DNA of 64,000 bases from an uncultured Candidatus Saccharibacteria bacterium (GTDB lineage: Bacteria > Patescibacteriota > Minisyncoccia > 1-14-0-10-42-19): NCBI GenBank assembly GCA_964362625.1, contig CAYIFA010000001.1, positions 2,994 to 66,993 of the forward strand. Reading direction: 5' to 3'. The stretch's first letter is position 1. Every line of letters begins with the position of its first letter. Below the pieces are notes generated by a model that worked only from the letters and a program-made list of their open reading frames with translations, was not told the origin of the DNA and did no database searches. A program made the position numbers and the translations under genes. Of this stretch, positions 8,901 through 17,550 are shown in pieces.

Positions 8901-10085
8901 TTACTTTTTCGCGAACTCTCGCAGGGTGCTGACAATCGCGCGGAGCGCGACGCCTTTTTCTGTTGGTTTTGGATAAAGCTGTTCTTGCTTTACCCTAAGT
9001 TCGCGGCACAAGACATTTCTCTGTTCTAGCAAATCAATAACGCTGTTAGCGATATATTGCGGTTCACCGCCAACATAGGAGGTAACTCCTTCTTCGACCA
9101 ATTCCCACTTGCCGCCAGAAACGCCCTTGAGTCGGACGCTTGTGGTAACATTTAAAAGGCTGATGACCGGCTTACGCTGGCAGACGGCCTCGATTTCAGT
9201 AGTAGAGGCAGGACCTATCAGTAAATCGCAGCCGGGAATCAAATCGGAAATTGAAACCTCTTTTGCTGATATTACTCTCGCCGGAATAGCATTCCATTTC
9301 ATCAATTCTTGATAGGACTTAACTCTGGACATTTCTTCAAAAGCAGTAAAAGTTTTTTCAACTTCTTTTTCATCCAAAGCGCGATTATCAGCATCCCTAT
9401 GCTTCGCGGCGTAATCTTTAATAAAGTTCCGCATACCATCATCCATCTCGACACGATCCCCTGGATGTCGGCTGAAAACCAATTGCCACTTACGTCGCCC
9501 AGTGACCATCCAATCCAAGTTGAAGGCCTCTAAAACACTGCTCCACATCGGCATGGTGATCGCTGATGGCTTATGCCCGACAACCAAAACAAACGTCTCA
9601 TCCAGCCGAATCCCGAGCTTGGCTCGCGACTCTTCGTATGACAGTTTCGGGAAATAAAACTCATCCCACAGCGGATTGCCGGAAGAAATAACTTTTGCTT
9701 TTAGAAAAACTTTCCGCGCCTCTCTGGCTTCCTTTTCACTCAAAACAAAAACAAAACTGGCATCAGCGCGAACACTCTCAAACCAATTACGGTTATGCGC
9801 GCAACCAAAGGTGTCGGCATAAAGTCCGTAAGGAATCCTAGCTTCGCGGGCAGCCATACACGACACAATTTCTTCTCTGGCAGTGTTGGCATTAGCCGAC
9901 ATACCTACCAGTAAAACATCTGCTGACCTTACAGCGGCAACAATCTTATCGTCAAGTACTTCAAGAGCTTTTCCTCTACCCAAAACCGGTATTACGCCGA
10001 ACTTTCCGGTTTCCAACAGCGAATCCCTGACCCTTTCGAACGCCTGCGACGGCGCGATGTCCCTAGCCACCAGCACTGCTCTCAT
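8901..10085 (-). CDS. GT-B fold glycosyltransferase-like protein (TagF/PseG-like), function unknown
   Basis: A Rossmann-like N-terminal half and a C-terminal GT-B motif (GPASTTEIEAVCQRKPVISL) are present, together with VLVVGHKPS and SRHPGD motifs reminiscent of the TagF family. It sits at the head of the neuC operon. Confidence 0.4.
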   Translation of the reverse strand: MRAVLVARDIAPSQAFERVRDSLLETGKFGVIPVLGRGKALEVLDDKIVAAVRSADVLLVGMSANANTAREEIVSCMAAREARIPYGLYADTFGCAHNRNWFESVRADASFVFVLSEKEAREARKVFLKAKVISSGNPLWDEFYFPKLSYEESRAKLGIRLDETFVLVVGHKPSAITMPMWSSVLEAFNLDWMVTGRRKWQLVFSRHPGDRVEMDDGMRNFIKDYAAKHRDADNRALDEKEVEKTFTAFEEMSRVKSYQELMKWNAIPARVISAKEVSISDLIPGCDLLIGPASTTEIEAVCQRKPVISLLNVTTSVRLKGVSGGKWELVEEGVTSYVGGEPQYIANSVIDLLEQRNVLCRELRVKQEQLYPKPTEKGVALRAIVSTLREFAKK

Positions 10086-10131
10086 CAGCTAACTCTCCTT
10101 TTTGATTTTCAACTCCGCTAGTATTATACCC

Positions 10132-10187
10132 AAAACAAAAGCCCCGTCAAGATTTGGCGGGGCGCTTACACTTCGGAAGTGTAAAGT
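10132..10187 (-). terminator. Tandem hairpins 3' of the Gfo/Idh/MocA gene (stop-proximal palindrome plus rho-independent terminator)
   Basis: A 9-bp palindrome (cttacacttcggaagtgtaag) overlaps the stop codon. A gccccg...cggggc hairpin follows, with an aaaacaaaa run on the plus strand (U-run on minus). Confidence 0.55.
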
Positions 10188-11311
10188 TATCCATAGTAAG
10201 CTTTATTAAGGATTCTCATTACTTCTAAACCGGAGCGGTAAGACAAAGGCGACTCGCAAGGATTAGTTGCTTTAAGCAGTGAATCGTAATGCTGGACTTC
10301 GTAATAAAAATCATCTGGACGGGTTTTAGGGAAAATCTCAACAACCTTCCGATTTTCTGTTTCGTACTTAACAACATCACCAGCCGGGTCGCCATTACAA
10401 TGCCATTCGAGCCAACCTTTTGTCCCTTGAACCCGCGCCCACTTGCGCGGCGGTTTGGTAACGACGTCCTGAGTTACATGCCCCACTCTTCCTTTGTTCA
10501 TCTGCATTATAAAATGGGCAATCCGGTCATATTCCACACGCTGCGATCCGGCTAAATCACTTACTACATTCAATTTACGTACCAAGTCGCAAAGTCCATA
10601 GCTTTCACCCGGCCACCACCATGCCCATGAGGCCAATTTCAGAAACAAATGCAAAGCGTGAGAATGCTCGTTGCCCGCTCCTCCGCCGCGGCGCCAATAG
10701 CCCAGATAGCTATCCTGCAGCCCAGATAGCCACGGATGCGCTTTAAAAGCCCCTTCCCAGTGCTCACGAAATTCAACGTCAATGGTTAAGATCTCACCAA
10801 ACTCTCCGCCATCACCCTTTCTCTCTTCAATCCGATTTTCATTAAGAAGATCGGCAACACGACGAATGCTGTTCGAAACCGCGTGATTGTAACCAACTGT
10901 TACAATCGTATCCGGATACTTTTTCATTTCGGCTTCAAATTCGGCAACACCTGTGAGGTTCGGAGTGCAGAGTGGTTTTTCTAGGTGCAGGAGTCTTGGG
11001 TTTTTCTTGATTTCTTCAATCGCCAGCTTCATCCGCACATCCGGAGGAGTAGTGATCATGATGATATCGAATCTATCAGGAATCGCATCTCCAGTCCTGT
11101 AGTCCTCAAATTGCGATGCGCCGCCAACCCCATCTGACAAAAATAGCCCTATCGTAAGATCAACTATTTGATAGCGGTCACTATAAATCCGGCGAAAACG
11201 ATCCAAAGCGCGTACACTCGTATCTACCACGGAAACCCGCCAGCCCATCCTGCAACACGCTTGCGCCAAATGGATCCCGGCCGAACCAGCCCCGATGATT
11301 TTTACGTTCAC
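10187..11311 (-). CDS. Gfo/Idh/MocA family NAD(P)-dependent sugar oxidoreductase
   Basis: It has a Rossmann motif (MNVKIIGAGSAGIH) and the family EKP motif (LHLEKPLC). Confidence 0.75.
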   Translation of the reverse strand: MNVKIIGAGSAGIHLAQACCRMGWRVSVVDTSVRALDRFRRIYSDRYQIVDLTIGLFLSDGVGGASQFEDYRTGDAIPDRFDIIMITTPPDVRMKLAIEEIKKNPRLLHLEKPLCTPNLTGVAEFEAEMKKYPDTIVTVGYNHAVSNSIRRVADLLNENRIEERKGDGGEFGEILTIDVEFREHWEGAFKAHPWLSGLQDSYLGYWRRGGGAGNEHSHALHLFLKLASWAWWWPGESYGLCDLVRKLNVVSDLAGSQRVEYDRIAHFIMQMNKGRVGHVTQDVVTKPPRKWARVQGTKGWLEWHCNGDPAGDVVKYETENRKVVEIFPKTRPDDFYYEVQHYDSLLKATNPCESPLSYRSGLEVMRILNKAYYG

Positions 11312-11964
11312 TCGTCCGATTCCTTTCTAGTTATGATTTCGGGAACATCACGAACCGAATCAATCGTAACAAATTTTTCGTTTTTCGTCCAGTTAGTAAA
11401 ACCGCTCAATATTCCGATGAAAAAACAGCCATAAGCTTCGGCGGCTACGCGATCCGGTTCGCCATCTCCAACAAAGACGGTCTGATTGCCACCAACTTGT
11501 TCAAGAGCAAAAATCTTTTCAAGTGCGCTTTCCTTGGTCTCCGGTCGCCCAAAAATTTCGGCAAAAAACTTCCCTATCCCGAGATTGTCAACGCTTTCAC
11601 CCAACGCCTCAATGGGGGTGGAGGAATTTAAATAAAGTTTGTACTTTTTTGACAATTCCTCGAGCGCCTCCCAAACTCCGCCAATCAACCCTTTCCGTAA
11701 AATACCGGTTTGCGTAATTTGGTTATATTTTTCGGCGTGTGCCCGAATAAGCGTTATCCGCTCAGCATCTCGGCGCCCCAATGCCCTAAAGATCTCATCT
11801 AAAATTACATATCTGGTTCGGACCGCGACTTTCGGAAATAGTTCAAGCGCTACCTGCTTTTCATTCTCCGGCAAATCGCCAAAGACGTCGGACCAAGCCT
11901 CGTCTTTTATACGATTGGAATCAACCAGCACGCCGTCAAAATCAAATACTATGACCTTGAACAT
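11308..11964 (-). CDS. HAD-superfamily phosphatase, candidate NulO-9-phosphate phosphatase
   Basis: HAD motif I (VFDFDGVLVDS) and motif IV (GDGEPD) are present. It overlaps the upstream gene by 4 nt and lies between NeuB-family genes. Confidence 0.8.
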   Translation of the reverse strand: MFKVIVFDFDGVLVDSNRIKDEAWSDVFGDLPENEKQVALELFPKVAVRTRYVILDEIFRALGRRDAERITLIRAHAEKYNQITQTGILRKGLIGGVWEALEELSKKYKLYLNSSTPIEALGESVDNLGIGKFFAEIFGRPETKESALEKIFALEQVGGNQTVFVGDGEPDRVAAEAYGCFFIGILSGFTNWTKNEKFVTIDSVRDVPEIITRKESDE

Positions 11965-12023
11965 AAAACCCTCCGGTAAGCTGATGTTCTTTATCTAGCG
12001 AGATAATAATATTTCCCGAAACT

Positions 12024-13568
12024 TTAGTCAAACTGATGCCGGCCCCAGTTTAATAAATAGGTTTTCCTGAAATCCCGCGGGAGCTTTGAAATTGCTTTAT
12101 CGGCATAGTAAGAATCATCGGGATGATTGGTAGTAGAAATTTCTTCAAAAATAACCCCGGTGTCACTGCCGAAAGCATGCACTATGCCGCGCGGCACCCA
12201 CAATGAATCACCCGGTTCCAAAACTTTTTGCCGGTCGTCGATATCAACTTTCATAACCCCGCTTAAAACATGAAAAGTTTCATCTTTTTTCATGTGGTAG
12301 TGCGCCGGGTTATATTGACCGGCTAATTGCACAACAATTTTTTTGGCGTATTCGCGATTAAAACAAGTGATTAAAGTACAGCCGGCTTTATGAAAATTCT
12401 CTACTCCATAATGATGCGAGAGTTCCACTTGAAAATCATGGCCCAATGGAACTTTGGCCGTATTAAGCATGCCCTTTATCGAATGGATGGCGTGATAAAT
12501 TATTTCTTTTTTCTCCGGAACATCCGATCGAGTTATGCCCGCGATGGCCTCTTTCGGCAGATAATCCTTATCAGCCAACATCCCATCCCTCCACCGGCCG
12601 CTTACCAACTGGCCGCCTTGCAAAGGCATGGCAAAAAATACATCCGAGCGGTCAATGATTGTTCCGGCCTCAATCCGGCGTTTGGCGTAAACCCCACGCA
12701 TTAGGGACCTGAGGTCGCTTGCTTCTTCTTCAGAAATGCTTCGCTCACCAGCTTCATGCCCGCATGCCTTAACTGCTTCTTTATACGAGGCGACCCAAGC
12801 GTCCACTTGTTCGGGAGACGCTGAATAAGCGTTCAATTTTATGCCGTCAGCCGGGACTCCAACATGCTTTTCAAAAATCCGCGCGCCTTTAGCGTAAGCA
12901 AGACCGACGAGCGACGTATTTGATGGCTCTTCATGCGTTGAAAAGCCAATAGTCAATCCGGGATAACGGCTGCGTAAAATTCCAATCTGATTTAAATGCG
13001 CTTTATCGTTGGTCATCGGATAAATTGAAACACAGTGCATAAGCGCGAAGTGCACCGCGCGTTTTTGGAAAAAGCTAACGATTTTATCAATATCTTTGAC
13101 CGTAAGTCCGCCGGTTGAAATAATTACCGGCCTGCCGGTATCAGCAACCCGCTCCAACAACGGAAAATCTAGGGCTGAACAGCTGCCGATCTTTATTATC
13201 TCAATACCCAGGCGCATGATGCGGTCAACCGACAGTTCGTCAAACGGCGTGCACATCGAAATCAAGCCGAGTTTTTTTGTTTCGGCGACCAATTCGGCGA
13301 ATTGCTCCTCGCTCATCCGCGTAGATAAAAATCTCGGGATATGCTTAATATCTTTGGACTCGCGGAAATCCGGATGAATAAAAGTATCCAGATCTCGAAA
13401 CTGCAGTTTCACTGCCGCGCGAATATTGTGCCTAGAAGCAATATCGGCCATGGCATTAATAATGCGCTGGCCATGCTCTACCGAACCTTGGTGATTATTG
13501 GCCATTTCGAAGACAAATAGATTTTTGAAATCAAATTGTGGCATGGAAATATTGTAAGATAAGGGCAT
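12024..13568 (-). CDS. NeuB-family synthase, paralog 2, with SAF domain and an extra C-terminal cupin domain
   Basis: A NeuB-like TIM barrel (FVFEMANNHQGS) and a SAF region are present. The C-terminal 150 aa carry cupin motifs (NPAHYHMKKDETFHVLSG ... GDSLWVPRGIVHAF). Total length is 514 aa. Confidence 0.8.
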   Translation of the reverse strand: MPLSYNISMPQFDFKNLFVFEMANNHQGSVEHGQRIINAMADIASRHNIRAAVKLQFRDLDTFIHPDFRESKDIKHIPRFLSTRMSEEQFAELVAETKKLGLISMCTPFDELSVDRIMRLGIEIIKIGSCSALDFPLLERVADTGRPVIISTGGLTVKDIDKIVSFFQKRAVHFALMHCVSIYPMTNDKAHLNQIGILRSRYPGLTIGFSTHEEPSNTSLVGLAYAKGARIFEKHVGVPADGIKLNAYSASPEQVDAWVASYKEAVKACGHEAGERSISEEEASDLRSLMRGVYAKRRIEAGTIIDRSDVFFAMPLQGGQLVSGRWRDGMLADKDYLPKEAIAGITRSDVPEKKEIIYHAIHSIKGMLNTAKVPLGHDFQVELSHHYGVENFHKAGCTLITCFNREYAKKIVVQLAGQYNPAHYHMKKDETFHVLSGVMKVDIDDRQKVLEPGDSLWVPRGIVHAFGSDTGVIFEEISTTNHPDDSYYADKAISKLPRDFRKTYLLNWGRHQFD

Positions 13569-14302
13569 TAACTATGCAATCGCTTTTTCATTAGAATTTC
13601 CGCAACTTCAAAATCAAGAGTACTGTCAATGTTTATCGAATCCTCCGGATTCATAAAAAAATAGGCAACTTTTTCGCCGGAAGTAGATTTTAAATCGCGA
13701 ATTGTATTGAGCCGCATAACATCCATTGCTCCGGTATGGACATAAACTTTCGGGAGCATTTGGCGCGGGAGGTTATACGGCTCATCCATTTTGGTGATGG
13801 TTTTCGGTAAAAACGGCTCCATGATTGCCGAGCTCCCGATTGTTTGCCACATTTTATAAGGATGCTTGGGTGATTCGGTTATCGGCCGACAGGAATCGGC
13901 ATCAGGATTATTCAAAAGCTTTTGAATGCCCTGATCAATATGCGCCGCAGTCCTAAGCGGTGAGGTCGGCGGCAGGCGTAAAACAATATCTGGCTCGTAA
14001 TCTTCTTTCTTCTTTAAAAAATCAAGCGCGTGGTTTAAAAATTCTACGTCGGTCGCGAGATCGCCGGAGATTTCCGCAGGGCGCAAAAACGGGACTTCTC
14101 CTCCATATTTTTCGGCAACCTTTGCGATTTCTTCGCTATCGGTTGAAATAATAAGTCGCGTCAAAAGATTTGATTGCTTTGCAATTTCAATAGTCCAAGC
14201 AATCAATGGCTTACCGGCTAAATTTCGTATATTTTTCCCGGGCACGCCCTTGGATCCGCCGCGCGCGGGAATAATTCCTAAAATCTCCATTTTTTTCATC
14301 AA
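13568..14302 (-). CDS. Acylneuraminate cytidylyltransferase (CMP-NulO synthetase) family, paralog 2
   Basis: IPARGGSKGVPGKN and PPTSPLR motifs are present. It overlaps NeuB paralog 2 by 1 nt, which suggests translational coupling. Confidence 0.85.
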   Translation of the reverse strand: MMKKMEILGIIPARGGSKGVPGKNIRNLAGKPLIAWTIEIAKQSNLLTRLIISTDSEEIAKVAEKYGGEVPFLRPAEISGDLATDVEFLNHALDFLKKKEDYEPDIVLRLPPTSPLRTAAHIDQGIQKLLNNPDADSCRPITESPKHPYKMWQTIGSSAIMEPFLPKTITKMDEPYNLPRQMLPKVYVHTGAMDVMRLNTIRDLKSTSGEKVAYFFMNPEDSINIDSTLDFEVAEILMKKRLHS

Positions 14303-14363
14303 TTGAATATAAACATACTTTCATTAAAAGACAAGCCCCGGCGCTAACCGGGACTTTTGAAAA

Positions 14364-16310
14364 TTATTTATAGATGTCCGTTATCCTGTCGGCAATAGAC
14401 AGATAATCTAGCTTGTGATACTTGAGAACCTCGTCATTCAATCCGCAAGCCGGAATTTCCTCTAGGCCATAATTGACTACAATCGGCCCGCCAAGTCTAC
14501 CAAAAATTCCCGAAATATATTCGCCCTGACCGCCCTTAATATAATGGTTATCTAATGTAAAAACAATTTCGGCATGATCAAACGTATCGTTGATCCAATC
14601 AGCATCAATGCGATTTAGCCAAGGAATGTTGAATACTGATAAGCTGTAATCAGTAAGTTCCTGAACACGCTTCGCGGCCTTTACTGCTTCAGTAAGCATT
14701 AACGGACCGTAGGCAATGATGTAAGCAAAGGAGGAGCCATTGTCACCTTTATACACGCATACGCCTTGTCCAGGCCTTAGCTGATAGTCGGGAGGGAGCC
14801 CGTAAGGCAAGTCCAAAGGAACATTAACAAATCGGATATAAGTGCTGTCCGGATTATTTTCAACCGCCCAACGAATTGCCATTCGGGCTTCGGCTTCAGA
14901 GGACGGTTCAATTGCCGTAAGCCCGGGCATTGCCGACATACAGGCAATGTCGCGCACTGACTGATGCGAATGTCCGGGACCGCCCGGAATCAAACCGGCC
15001 AGTGTTCCGATATAAATAATCTTGGATTTTTCAGTAGCATTATTGTAAATCTGCTCATTGGCGCGCGGGGTAAGGAAGCAAGCAAACGAATGAACAATCG
15101 GTAGCATGCCTTGTCTGGCAATACCGCCGGCCATGCTAACCATATCCTGTTCGGCAATCCCGCATTCAACAAATCTTTCCGGATGGCTTTTTTTGAATTC
15201 GGCAATCCCACAATCTTTCACCAGATCGGCGTCCAAAACTACAATGTCTTTTCGGTCTTCGGCAATCTTCAAAAGTTCGTCGCCATAAGCCGAAACAAGA
15301 TTCTGGGCTTTAGGAGATGCGGAAACGCGCTTTGGCATATCGCATGTCTCAAATTCCAAAACTATATCGCCTTTGGTCGATGCCCAGATACCTATTTCGA
15401 GTTCTGCAAGCGCGGCGTAATAATCATTATCCGACGGCGCTCCAGCATGATACTTGTAATATTCTTCATCGGCCTTCGGCTCCATAAAAGAGACGCCTTT
15501 ACCTTTGATGGTGTGAGCGATAATTGCTGTTGGGCGTCCGGAAAAAAATTTTGATTCGCGGACTTCTTTCAGAATCGCCGCTAACGACCAGAAGTCGTGC
15601 CCGTCAACTTCAAAGGTATTCCAGCCAAATGCATTGAATTTTTTGGCGATATGGCCAATGTCGCTGACATTTTTAACAAAGGTATCGGATTGCATTTTGT
15701 TGCAATCAACTATGACCGTGATCTCGGTATACCGGTCATTAGCGGTTTTCCCTAGTGATTCCCAAATCTGGCCCTCTTGCAATTCGCCGTCTCCGGTCAA
15801 AACGTAAATCCTTCCTCGCGTCCCTTGCATTCTTCGCGCGTAAGCCATGCCCCGCGCTTTTGAAACGCCCATACCAAGTGATCCGGTATTGGTTGCGATG
15901 AACGGAGTGCCGACATCCGGATGACCGGGCAGGCCGCCGATGCGACGAAGTTTGTGAACAAACTCATACGGAATATGTTCTCTTCCGATTAAAACTGAAT
16001 ATAAACCGGGAACATCGTGGCCTTTTGAAGAAAAGAATACATCAGAATGTGGCGGATCAATTTTCAAGTCATGATCAAATTCTTGATTCGGCGAATTCAT
16101 CTCCCTTTCCCACAACCAAGTTACTATATCCATCGCGCTGAAACTCGTCCCGATATGACCGGAACCGGCTTCCTTGATCATAGAAAGGGTATTTAAGCGA
16201 TATATATCGGCCAGCACTCTCATTCGTGCAAACGCATCGCCCGTAACCCATGAGCGAACCTTCCTGATTTGCTCAAGCGGCACAAAATAGAGTTTTCCTT
16301 TTTCAAACAT
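14364..16310 (-). CDS. tkt: Transketolase (full-length, TPP-dependent)
   Basis: A GSGHIGTSFSAMD TPP motif, a GDGELQEGQIWE motif, a pyrimidine-binding domain and a C-terminal domain are present. Length is 648 aa. Confidence 0.85.
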   Translation of the reverse strand: MFEKGKLYFVPLEQIRKVRSWVTGDAFARMRVLADIYRLNTLSMIKEAGSGHIGTSFSAMDIVTWLWEREMNSPNQEFDHDLKIDPPHSDVFFSSKGHDVPGLYSVLIGREHIPYEFVHKLRRIGGLPGHPDVGTPFIATNTGSLGMGVSKARGMAYARRMQGTRGRIYVLTGDGELQEGQIWESLGKTANDRYTEITVIVDCNKMQSDTFVKNVSDIGHIAKKFNAFGWNTFEVDGHDFWSLAAILKEVRESKFFSGRPTAIIAHTIKGKGVSFMEPKADEEYYKYHAGAPSDNDYYAALAELEIGIWASTKGDIVLEFETCDMPKRVSASPKAQNLVSAYGDELLKIAEDRKDIVVLDADLVKDCGIAEFKKSHPERFVECGIAEQDMVSMAGGIARQGMLPIVHSFACFLTPRANEQIYNNATEKSKIIYIGTLAGLIPGGPGHSHQSVRDIACMSAMPGLTAIEPSSEAEARMAIRWAVENNPDSTYIRFVNVPLDLPYGLPPDYQLRPGQGVCVYKGDNGSSFAYIIAYGPLMLTEAVKAAKRVQELTDYSLSVFNIPWLNRIDADWINDTFDHAEIVFTLDNHYIKGGQGEYISGIFGRLGGPIVVNYGLEEIPACGLNDEVLKYHKLDYLSIADRITDIYK

Positions 16311-16341
16311 CTATGCCTCCTTGAAAGTTTCTTTACCCAAG

Positions 16342-16368
16342 AAAAAAGATAGCACTTATCGTGCTATC
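16342..16368 (-). terminator. Rho-independent terminator downstream of the SDR gene
   Basis: A perfect 8-bp stem (gatagcac-ttatc-gtgctatc) preceded on the plus strand by an A6 run. Confidence 0.7.
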
Positions 16369-16386
16369 TTGTCAATTCTTCCGGCA

Positions 16387-16427
16387 TTAAACCTCCCGGG
16401 TCTAATAGTTAGACCTCCGAGGTTTAA
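16387..16427. repeat. REP-like imperfect palindromic element, family 1, copy B
   Basis: ttaaacctcccgggtcta-atagt-tagacctccgaggtttaa. The arms are complementary at 15 of 18 positions plus a GU pair. It starts 4 nt after the stop of the minus-strand SDR gene. Confidence 0.7.
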
Positions 16428-16430
16428 CTT

Positions 16431-17345
16431 TTAGAGAGCGGTCCAGCCGCCGTCGACAACTAGGGTCGAGCCAGTCATGTAGCGGCTCGCTTCTGAAACC
16501 AAAAACAGGATTGCGCCGTTGTAATCATCCGAGTTAGCCATCCGCTTCAGCGGAGTCCGCTGCACGTATTCGGCGATAAAACGCGGATCTTGATTTTCTT
16601 TTACACCACCTGGCGCCAAAGTGTTTACCCGGATATTCAACCTATGGTAGCCGCAATAACCGGCAAGCCATCTGGTGAAATTCAGCACTCCGGATTTGGC
16701 AACGCTATACCCAACCGGTTTGTTGTAATCAATATCGCCATCAGCTCGGCGAAAATCATAAATTGACTGATCCGGACTAACTAATCCGTAAGTAGAAGAA
16801 ATATTTACGATTTTGGCCCACTTGTCTTTGGCAATTTTCCCTGACTCGCGAGCAGACCGAAAATTCCTGATAAACTCCTGGCTCACCAAAAACATTCCGG
16901 TCAGATGAGAATCCAGAACTGCGTGCCAAGTTTCTTCGGAATAATTTTCAAACAGGCCATTATCCGATGCCGGCGCGTCAGGACGAGAATCCATGCCGGC
17001 ATTATTGATAAGAATTGTAGGAGTACCGCGTTCCGCTTCCTCCATCCATTTAAAAAAACCTTGAATTTCTTTTCTATTGGTAATGTCGCACGTCCAAGCT
17101 TGTCCCGCCATCCAATGACCGAGCCCGCACATTTCGCGAGCCAACTTCGCTACGTCATCGGCAAAATGATCCTTAAGGTCTAAAGCGACTACATTTGCCC
17201 CGGCTTTCATGAGCGTCATAACATACTGACTCCCCAATAAGCCCATCCCGCCAGTTACAATCGCAACTTCGCCGTCCAAGTTAAACAATTTGTCAAAAAA
17301 CGCATGCTGTATATCATTCCGGCTCTCGGGCCATTCATTGCGCAT
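16431..17345 (-). CDS. SDR-family oxidoreductase (classical short-chain dehydrogenase)
   Basis: It has the motif VAIVTGGMGLLG, the motif NNAG, and the catalytic motif YSVAK (YxxxK). Confidence 0.8.
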   Translation of the reverse strand: MRNEWPESRNDIQHAFFDKLFNLDGEVAIVTGGMGLLGSQYVMTLMKAGANVVALDLKDHFADDVAKLAREMCGLGHWMAGQAWTCDITNRKEIQGFFKWMEEAERGTPTILINNAGMDSRPDAPASDNGLFENYSEETWHAVLDSHLTGMFLVSQEFIRNFRSARESGKIAKDKWAKIVNISSTYGLVSPDQSIYDFRRADGDIDYNKPVGYSVAKSGVLNFTRWLAGYCGYHRLNIRVNTLAPGGVKENQDPRFIAEYVQRTPLKRMANSDDYNGAILFLVSEASRYMTGSTLVVDGGWTAL

Positions 17346-17550
17346 GCAAAATCCTCATTTTCGATACTATGTGATTCTAAAGTAATTGTAGAGGGTGCTA
17401 ATAAAAAATCAACCCCGTCACTAGAAAATGGCATATTGATGCGCGTTTCTATTGAGGGGCCCACTGAGGATTCTGGATTAATTAATCGTTACAATGACCC
17501 GTGTTAAGAAGAGCGCATCAAAGAAACGCCATGCCATTTTCAGTGCGGGG

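Noticed and set aside
8693-9029. Small ORFs 8693..8935 (-) and 8802..9029 (+) in the neuC upstream region
   Set aside because: They overlap the family 1 palindrome, a terminator and the 3' end of the upstream gene. Their translations (repeats of LNLGGL...RPPRFN) simply mirror the palindromic DNA.
17400-17460. Possible weak hairpin (ccccgtca...tgagggg) after an A-run in the 200-bp intergenic region downstream of NeuB paralog 3
   Set aside because: The stem is imperfect and about 100 nt from the stop codon. The support is not enough to call it a terminator.
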